From Verrucomicrobiota bacterium (GTDB lineage: Bacteria; Verrucomicrobiota; Verrucomicrobiia; Limisphaerales; CANJSG01), in assembly GCA_038209745.1 (NCBI GenBank), contig JBBQXJ010000001.1:30096-94095 (forward strand): a stretch of DNA of 64,000 bases, read 5' to 3'. Below the pieces are notes generated by a model. It did not search any database. It was not told the DNA's origin and saw only the letters and a list, made by a program, of their open reading frames with translations. Below, one piece after another: positions 18,389-24,839 of this stretch. Positions within the stretch are counted from its first letter, which is position 1; the number at the start of each line of letters is the position of its first letter. Position numbers and translations under genes: made by a program.

Positions 18389-19185
18389 GGTTGCGGGGCT
18401 CCCTGGGGCAACTGCGTGTTCCACCGGATCCGGAGGAGCCCCGTTGCGAGCGGAGCGCCTCGATTCGGCTTGAACGCCAAATCCAGCGCCGTTTTCACCG
18501 CCAATTGATCCGCCAGATGGGCCACTTCGGACCCACCGCTGCGCTCGGCCAACCGTGCGGTCAGCACCCGGCCTTCGGCATTTACCGCGACGGCCACCAC
18601 GGAGTCCTTCAACAGTTCGCCGGAGGTCTGGTCTGGAAGAGGCGGCAACGGCTCTTCCAGACGGTCGCGCAAGACCCTGTCCAGCTCGGCGCTGGACTCC
18701 GTCCTCAGCGGTGCGGGCAGCGGCAGAACCGGCGGCTGGAGAAGCGCGGGCAGATCGGATTCCTCGCTCGCGGCGAGCAACGGCCGCGATGCTTGTGGAA
18801 GCATCGCGTAGGCTTGGCCGAGCGTATTGGTCTGGAGCGAGAGCCAGTGGGTGGCGTCGACCCATTCAACCCGCACCTGGGGCAGAGCCGGCAGTTGCAG
18901 CCAGCCTTCGCCGGAAAAGCCGAGGTATCCGGGCAGCACGGCTCCGGCCGGATCGGGCACTCCGAAGAACGTCGCCAAGGCCTGCGGCGAAATCGCAGCG
19001 GGAATCCAGCGCACGGATGGGCCTTTGGGTTGCCGCGCCGCCATCTCGTCCGGCCGGCTGCCCGTGGCGTAGATGAAGCCCACCTGAACCACAAAAAACA
19101 CCACGCCCCAGACGACCATCTTGCGGACGGACCATCCCGCGTCTACCGCCGGAGTCTCCTTCTCGTTGGCGCCGGGATGTGTCAC
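18385..19185 (-). CDS. TonB/TolA-like energy transducer (GTG start)
   Basis: N-terminal TM helix (MVVWGVVFFVVQVGFIY), a Pro-rich middle (LPALLQPPVLPLPAPL...LPPLP) and a C-terminal TonB_C-like block (VAVAVNAEGRVLTARLAERSGGSEVAHLADQLAVKTALDLAFKP). Lies directly after exbD. Confidence 0.6.
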   Translation of the reverse strand: MTHPGANEKETPAVDAGWSVRKMVVWGVVFFVVQVGFIYATGSRPDEMAARQPKGPSVRWIPAAISPQALATFFGVPDPAGAVLPGYLGFSGEGWLQLPALPQVRVEWVDATHWLSLQTNTLGQAYAMLPQASRPLLAASEESDLPALLQPPVLPLPAPLRTESSAELDRVLRDRLEEPLPPLPDQTSGELLKDSVVAVAVNAEGRVLTARLAERSGGSEVAHLADQLAVKTALDLAFKPNRGAPLATGLLRIRWNTQLPQGAPQP

Positions 19186-19188
19186 GGG

Positions 19189-19851
19189 CTAGCGGATCCT
19201 GGTGTTTTCAAACGCGCCCGGCCGAGCGGCGAGCAGGATCTCCTGGATGCCGGCTTCACGGGCCACCTCGGTGAGTCGGATCAGGGTGGCGTTGTCCACC
19301 GCCCGGTCCGCCAAGACCACGAGCGTGACCGGATCCGGCCGCGCTCCGACGGCGTCGCTGAGGGAGATGCGCAGCTGGGCTTCGTTGACGAGCCGGTTCT
19401 GGAAGAAGAACTGGCCGGAGAAATTCACCGCGACGGCCACCGACCGGTTCGCCGTGCCGCCCAGCTCTCCGCGCGCCATCGGCAGTTCGATCCGGCCCGC
19501 CGCTTCCACGAGCTTTCGGACGGAGTCGACCAGCCCACGAGGCGCCGTGTCCGTGGAGACCACGCGGACCGTGCTGCCCGCCGGGAGTTCCGCGAGGCGA
19601 CGACGGAGCGTGGGCAAGTCGTTGGTGAGATAGGCGCTGTCCGCGAACTGCACGACGCCGGTGCCGGTGACCTGGATGACCGCCGTGACGGCGTTCAGTC
19701 CCGAGGCCGAACGATCGAGACGGATCGGGATCCCGGGCGTGTAGACGAGCCCGGCCAACACAACGAAGAAAAGCAGCAGGAACAGCACCGAGACCAGCGG
19801 CGCGACGTTGATCTCGCCCCGGAAGACCTTCGCGTTGCGCGGGAATTTCAT
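19189..19851 (-). CDS. ExbD/TolR family protein with two tandem periplasmic domains
   Basis: GEINVAPLVSVLFLLLFFVV TM anchor, 220 aa (typical ExbD is about 135 aa). Two ExbD-like repeats, roughly aa 40-124 and 131-210. ATGA overlap with exbB (19848-19851). Confidence 0.8.
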   Translation of the reverse strand: MKFPRNAKVFRGEINVAPLVSVLFLLLFFVVLAGLVYTPGIPIRLDRSASGLNAVTAVIQVTGTGVVQFADSAYLTNDLPTLRRRLAELPAGSTVRVVSTDTAPRGLVDSVRKLVEAAGRIELPMARGELGGTANRSVAVAVNFSGQFFFQNRLVNEAQLRISLSDAVGARPDPVTLVVLADRAVDNATLIRLTEVAREAGIQEILLAARPGAFENTRIR

Positions 19852-20471
19852 TCCGTGGGCACGGTGATGTCGCCGACGAGGTTCAGCGCCTCGGTGGACG
19901 CCTGTTCCATGTCGAGCACGATGGCGTTCACACGGCCGACGAGGAAGTTGTAGCCTCCATACGAGACGATCGCGACGACCAGACCGCCGGCGGTGCAGAT
20001 GAGCGCTTCCCAGACCCCGCTCGAAAGGCTGCTGACGCTGGCCATGAGGCCCGCGGCTTCCAGCTGGCGAAACACTTTCATCAGACCCAGGACCGTTCCC
20101 AGCAAACCGACGAGCGGCGAAATGTGGGCCACGGTGGCGAGGATGTTCAGCCGCTTCTCCAGCCGGGGCACTTCGAGGAATCCGGCGTCTTCCAAAGCCT
20201 GGCGCACGCCGTCGCGGCCGCGATCACGGTTCAACACCGCCACCTTGACCAGACGGGGCACGGGGCCGGCGGTGGCGTCGCAGATCGCGACGGCCTCGAC
20301 GATGTTGTCGCGTTTGAGGACGTTGCGGACGCCGTTGAGGAACTCGGCGGCGTTGATCTGCGCGCGGTGGTAGTGGAGCTGACGTTCGATGAAGACCGTC
20401 AGCCCGACGGCGCTCAGCGCGAGCAGCACCCACATGAGGGGCCCGCCCTGCGAAAAGAAACTCGGCAACAT
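19848..20471 (-). CDS. MotA/TolQ/ExbB proton-channel protein
   Basis: 3 TM helices and the conserved ISPLVGLLGTVLGLMKVF...VWEALICTAGGLVVAIVSY. Start at ATG 20471 (MLPSFFSQGGPLMWVLL); the ORF extends to 20525. Confidence 0.85.
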   Translation of the reverse strand: MLPSFFSQGGPLMWVLLALSAVGLTVFIERQLHYHRAQINAAEFLNGVRNVLKRDNIVEAVAICDATAGPVPRLVKVAVLNRDRGRDGVRQALEDAGFLEVPRLEKRLNILATVAHISPLVGLLGTVLGLMKVFRQLEAAGLMASVSSLSSGVWEALICTAGGLVVAIVSYGGYNFLVGRVNAIVLDMEQASTEALNLVGDITVPTE

Positions 20472-20582
20472 GGGCAGCGTTATACGCGGGGCCTTCCCGA
20501 AAGCAAATGGCGCGGTGTGGACCACGACCTCTTCGTCCGGATCCCACGAGCAACGATACCGATGGATGGCGGCAAGGAGCGG

Positions 20583-21266
20583 TCAGACCTTCGGCCGCGC
20601 CACGATCCGCACCTCCCGCTCCGGTCGGATCGCATGCAGGAGTCCACGCAGCAGTCTGAAGCCGCCTTCTCCGAGCTTCATCCGCTTGGCCAAAACACCG
20701 GCGAAACGGTCATAGCCGAACCGTCCCACGCCGGCCTTTTCCACCTGCCAACCGCATTCCGTCGCCAGCGCTCCGAGTGTCTGGACGTTCCACGAGTAGA
20801 GATGATGGTTCGGCTCCGCCGGGTCGTAGCGGCGGAATTTGCGGCCGGTTTCCAGCGGGACATGCAGCAGCAACCGGCCCCCGGGCTTCAGCAGCCGCTT
20901 CAGCTCGACCAGCACCTTCGCCGGCTCCAGCACATGCTCCAACGCATGATGGCAGATCAGCACATCGGCGCACTCTTGGGGGAGATCCTCGATTCGTGGA
21001 ACAAACTCGATGCCGGCGACCGTCAATTCATCGACGAGGAAGCCGGAAACGTCGTGCCCCAGCTTCCGGGCGCACGCCAGCTCCCGGAGGTTCCATCCGG
21101 CGCCCACGCCGAATTCCAGCACCGTGTCCGTGGGTCGAACGAACGGGCGAAACTTCTCCGCTCTCAGCCGCGCCACCCACGGCAGCGCTTCCGCCGGCAG
21201 GGCGCGCTTCACGCCGTGATAATGGCGGCCGGCATCGTCGCGATAGTGCTGTTCGGCATCGGGCAC
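20583..21266 (-). CDS. class I SAM-dependent methyltransferase (GTG start)
   Basis: Motif I VLEFGVGAGWN, followed by ADVLICHHALEHV and LKPGGRLLL. Confidence 0.8.
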   Translation of the reverse strand: MPDAEQHYRDDAGRHYHGVKRALPAEALPWVARLRAEKFRPFVRPTDTVLEFGVGAGWNLRELACARKLGHDVSGFLVDELTVAGIEFVPRIEDLPQECADVLICHHALEHVLEPAKVLVELKRLLKPGGRLLLHVPLETGRKFRRYDPAEPNHHLYSWNVQTLGALATECGWQVEKAGVGRFGYDRFAGVLAKRMKLGEGGFRLLRGLLHAIRPEREVRIVARPKV

Positions 21267-21337
21267 GGCGCGAGGCTCGCCGGTGCGGCCGGAGTTGCCA
21301 ATTGAAGTTTGCCCTCCGCTCCTTTAGGCATTCGCGC

Positions 21338-22393
21338 ATGCGATTTATCGGCAGCGTCATCGAAAAGCTCCAGCGCCACCCGAAGCGGATCGTCTTCCCG
21401 GAAGGCACGGAGCCGCGCGTGATCCAGGCCGCCCGCCAGTTCTACTCCCTCCGCCTCGGCGTCCCCATTCTGCTGGGCAACCGGACCAAGGTGAAGGAAG
21501 CCGCCGAACGCCTGAACGTTTCCCTCGAAGGCGTCCGCATCATCAACCCCGAGGAAAGCGAGGATCTGGAGAACTTCACCCGCCGTTTCAGCCTGCTGCG
21601 GCGCTCGAAGGGCATCCAGGAACGGGAGGCCCGAGAGGCCATGCTGAACCCGAACTACTACGGCGCGATGATGGTGGCGATGCACCAGGCCGATGGCTTC
21701 GTCTCCGGCACCAGCGAGGTCTCGGGCTCCGTCCTCCGGCCCCTCTTCCACATCATCAAGGTCGCCCCCAAGGCGACGACCGCCTCCAGCTGCATGGTCA
21801 TGGAGGTGGAGGATTCACGGTTCGGCCAGAACGGCGTGATGTTCATGGCGGATTGCGGCGTCATCCCCGAGCCGAACGTGGAGCAGCTCTCGGACATCGC
21901 GATCTCGACCGCCCGCCTCGCCAAACAGCTCATGGGCCAGCGGGCCCATGCCGCCCTTCTCTCCTACTCCACGAAAGGCAGCGCGAGCCAGCCCAGCATC
22001 GGCCGCGTGCAGGCCGCCACCGCCCTCGCCCAACAACGCGGACATGAACAGGGCCTCGACGCCGATTTCGACGGCGAACTCCAGGTCGACACCGCCCTGA
22101 TGCCCGAGATCGCCAGCCGCAAGCTGCCCGAAAGCAAGGTCGCCGGCCGCGCCAACGTCCTCATCTTCCCCGACCTGAACTCCGGCAACATCGCCAGCAA
22201 GCTCGTCCAGCACGTCGCCCGCGCCAACGCCTACGGCCAGATCCTCCTCGGCCTCGACCGCCCAGCCGCCGACGTCTCCCGCGGCGCCAGCGCCCACGAC
22301 ATTCTCGGTGTCGCCGCCATCATCGGCCTCCAGTCGATCGAATACGCCAAGCTCTACCCCGAATCCGGCACCTCCCTCCCTGGCGACCAGTAG
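21338..22393 (+). CDS. pta: phosphate acetyltransferase, catalytic PTA_PTB domain only
   Basis: ATG 21338 (MRFIGSVIEKLQRHPKRIVFPEGTEPRV). Also SGTSEVSGSVLRPLF, GELQVDTAL and ANVLIFPDLNSGNI. Confidence 0.9.
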   Translation: MRFIGSVIEKLQRHPKRIVFPEGTEPRVIQAARQFYSLRLGVPILLGNRTKVKEAAERLNVSLEGVRIINPEESEDLENFTRRFSLLRRSKGIQEREAREAMLNPNYYGAMMVAMHQADGFVSGTSEVSGSVLRPLFHIIKVAPKATTASSCMVMEVEDSRFGQNGVMFMADCGVIPEPNVEQLSDIAISTARLAKQLMGQRAHAALLSYSTKGSASQPSIGRVQAATALAQQRGHEQGLDADFDGELQVDTALMPEIASRKLPESKVAGRANVLIFPDLNSGNIASKLVQHVARANAYGQILLGLDRPAADVSRGASAHDILGVAAIIGLQSIEYAKLYPESGTSLPGDQ

Positions 22394-22428
22394 GGCTTCA
22401 ACCTCCCGATGGCCATTCGTCCCACGCC

Positions 22429-23523
22429 ATGAACGCATCCACCCCCCGAGTCTTCATCGCCGCCACCCGCCAGAACGACGGCAAGACCACCACGTCTCTC
22501 GGCCTCGTGGCCGCCCTCCAGAAGCACTATCCCCGCGTCGGCTACATCAAGCCCGTCGGCCAGCGGTTCGTCGCCGTGGACGAGGACAAGATCGACGAGG
22601 ACACCGTGCTGATGGACAAGGTCTACCAGCTCAACTGCCCCCTCCCCGCGATGAGCCCCATCGCGATCGAGCCCGACTTCACCCGAAAATATCTCCAGAG
22701 CTCGAACAACGACGTCTTGGTCCGCAAGATCCAGAAGGCCTTCGACCGCGTTTCATGGGAGAAGGACTTCGTCCTCTGCGAAGGCTCCGGCCACGCCGGC
22801 GTCGGCTCCGTCTTCGACCTTTCGAACGCCCAGGTCGCGAAGGTTCTCGGGGCCAAGGTCATCATCGTCAGCCAGGGCGGCATCGGGAAACCGATCGACG
22901 AAATATCGTTGAACCAGGCCCTCTTCCAGAAGGAAGGCGTCGAGATCATCGGCGTCATCCTCAACAAGGTCCTGCCCGAGAAGCTCGACTTCATCACCGA
23001 GTTCGCCAGGCGCGGCCTCAAGCGCAAGGGGCTCGACCTCCTCGGAGTCCTGCCCTATCAGCCCGTCCTGTCCAGTCCCACCATCGAGCTCATCCGCGAG
23101 GAGCTCGACGCCGCTCCGCTCAATGAATCCAGCGGCGTGGACAACATCATTGAGAGCATCGTCGTCGGCGCCATGGCCCCAAAAAACGCCCTCCGCCACT
23201 TCCAGAACGGCGCCCTCGTCATCACCCCTGGCGATCGAGAAGACCTGATCCTCGCCATTGCCGCCACCCTCTCGGATTCCCGCACCCACAACCTCGCCGG
23301 CCTCGTCCTCACCGGCGACATCCAGCCCGGACCGGTCGTGCTCGAAGCGATCAAGCGCATGCCCTTCCCCGTGCTCCAGACGCCCACGGAAACTTATCAG
23401 GTCGCGTCCAAGGTCCACGACGTGACCGTGAAGACCCGTCCCAGCGACACCATGAAGATCTCCGTCATCCGCGACCTCATCGCCCAGCACGTCGATGTGG
23501 AACGGATCATCGAAGCGCTGTGA
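22429..23523 (+). CDS. stand-alone Pta N-terminal-like protein (BioD/CobQ-type P-loop + DRTGG domain)
   Basis: RVFIAATRQNDGKTTTSLGLV P-loop, with a C-terminal ALVITPGDREDLILA...LTGD block matching the DRTGG domain of long Pta enzymes. Confidence 0.8.
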   Translation: MNASTPRVFIAATRQNDGKTTTSLGLVAALQKHYPRVGYIKPVGQRFVAVDEDKIDEDTVLMDKVYQLNCPLPAMSPIAIEPDFTRKYLQSSNNDVLVRKIQKAFDRVSWEKDFVLCEGSGHAGVGSVFDLSNAQVAKVLGAKVIIVSQGGIGKPIDEISLNQALFQKEGVEIIGVILNKVLPEKLDFITEFARRGLKRKGLDLLGVLPYQPVLSSPTIELIREELDAAPLNESSGVDNIIESIVVGAMAPKNALRHFQNGALVITPGDREDLILAIAATLSDSRTHNLAGLVLTGDIQPGPVVLEAIKRMPFPVLQTPTETYQVASKVHDVTVKTRPSDTMKISVIRDLIAQHVDVERIIEAL

Positions 23524-23528
23524 AACCG

Positions 23529-23631
23529 GAGTCTGAATTTAACTCTTAATCTTCGTCTCAATCTGATTCTCAACCACACCCGCATCGATTGGGATCAAGA
23601 GTAAGATTGAGATTAAGACTCGCCATTCTCC
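23529..23631. repeat. AT-rich imperfect inverted repeat filling the pta-N/hisC intergenic region
   Basis: Left arm GAGTCT..CTTAATCT..TCTCAATCT pairs with right arm AGATTGAGATTAAGACTC. The region is conspicuously AT-rich in a GC-rich background. Confidence 0.5.
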
Positions 23632-23632
23632 C

Positions 23633-24730
23633 ATGCCTCCCCAACCCAATCCCCAGCTCGCCACGCTCCCCGTCTACCAGCCCGGTCGGCCCATTGAAGA
23701 GGTCGCCCGGGAACTCGGCCTGGAAGCCAAGTCCATCATCAAGCTGGCCTCCAACGAGAACCCGCTCGGGCCGTCGCCCAAGGCCGTCGCCGCGATGGAA
23801 ACGGTCGTCCGCAACCTGCATCTCTACCCGGATGGAAACGCCTTCTACCTGAAGCGCGCCTTGGCGGAAAAGCTGGATGTGGAGACTTCGAACCTGATCC
23901 TCGGCAATGGCTCCAACGAGATCATCGAGTTCATCGGCCACGCCTTCATGGGGCCCGGCTCGAACATCGTCGTCTCCCAATACTGCTTCGCCATCTATCC
24001 CATCGTCGCGAAGATGATGGGTGCCGACGTGATCACCGTGCCCGCGAGGAAGCTGGGCCACGACCTGACGGCGATGGCCGCCGCCATCACGCCCCAAACC
24101 CGCGTGGTCTTCGTGGCCAATCCCAACAATCCCACCGGCACGCTCGCCACCCGGGAGGAAGCCACGACCTTCCTCGATGCCGTGCCGGAGAACGTCCTGC
24201 TGGTGATGGACGAGGCGTATATCGAGTTTCTCACCGACCCGGTCGATCTGCTCCCGCTCATCCGTGCCGGCACCCAGCCGAACATTCTGCTCATGCGGAC
24301 GTTCTCCAAGATCTTCGGCCTGGCCGGACTGCGGCTCGGCTACGGCATCGGGTCGCCGGCGTTGATCTCCGCAATGGAGAAGGTCCGCCAGCCCTTCAAC
24401 ATCAACGCCATCGCCCAAGCCGGCGCCCTCGCCGCCCTCGACGACGCCGAGCACCTCGCCGCCACCCGCCTGAACAACCGTCTGGGGCTCGACCTCCTCG
24501 AATCCGCCTTCCGCCAGATGGGTCTCGAATTCGTCCAATCCGCCGGGAACTTCATCCTCGTCCGAGTGGGCGACGGCGGGAAGGTCTTCGCCGAACTCCA
24601 AAAGCGGGGCGTCATCACGCGTCTGATGGCCGGCTATCAGCTTCCAGAATGGATCCGCATCTCCGTCGGCACCTCCCACGAAAACACGCGCTGCCTGGCC
24701 GCATTGCGAGAGGTGCTGGACAAGGCGTAA
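23633..24730 (+). CDS. hisC: histidinol-phosphate aminotransferase
   Basis: KLASNENPLGPSP and the PLP-lysine block RTFSKIFGLAGLRLGY. Confidence 0.9.
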   Translation: MPPQPNPQLATLPVYQPGRPIEEVARELGLEAKSIIKLASNENPLGPSPKAVAAMETVVRNLHLYPDGNAFYLKRALAEKLDVETSNLILGNGSNEIIEFIGHAFMGPGSNIVVSQYCFAIYPIVAKMMGADVITVPARKLGHDLTAMAAAITPQTRVVFVANPNNPTGTLATREEATTFLDAVPENVLLVMDEAYIEFLTDPVDLLPLIRAGTQPNILLMRTFSKIFGLAGLRLGYGIGSPALISAMEKVRQPFNINAIAQAGALAALDDAEHLAATRLNNRLGLDLLESAFRQMGLEFVQSAGNFILVRVGDGGKVFAELQKRGVITRLMAGYQLPEWIRISVGTSHENTRCLAALREVLDKA

Positions 24731-24796
24731 GGCTAACTCGAAGTCGCGGGGCTGGGACGGCTCGCCGCTGTGTCCGCTCCGCGACCCAAAAGAAAA

Positions 24797-24825
24797 GGCG
24801 GGCCCGTTTTCGGGCCCGCCTTTCT
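24797..24825. terminator. bidirectional rho-independent terminator between convergent genes
   Basis: AAAA-GGCGGGCCC-GTTTTC-GGGCCCGCC-TTTCTT: a perfect 9-bp stem flanked by an A-tract and a T-tract. Confidence 0.8.
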
Positions 24826-24839
24826 TGATTCTTAACCGC

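Noticed and set aside
17686-19953. A 755-aa plus-strand ORF across the TonB-like/ExbD region. Similar long alternative-frame ORFs occur elsewhere (for example 55485-57155, 59663-60985, 5746-7008).
   Set aside because: They have Arg/Pro/Gly-rich compositions with no domains, and each is antisense to a gene with clear family motifs.
20777-21337. Long N-terminal extensions of track ORFs. Examples: pta 20777, DUF420 3090, cupredoxin 10952, OMP 17892, GNAT-nitrilase 57548, SGNH 59062, shikimate kinase 36148, mqnA 40739.
   Set aside because: The extensions overlap neighbouring genes or intergenic DNA and are Arg/Pro/Ser-rich. In each case an internal ATG or GTG gives a protein starting with a proper signal peptide or the conserved family N-terminus.
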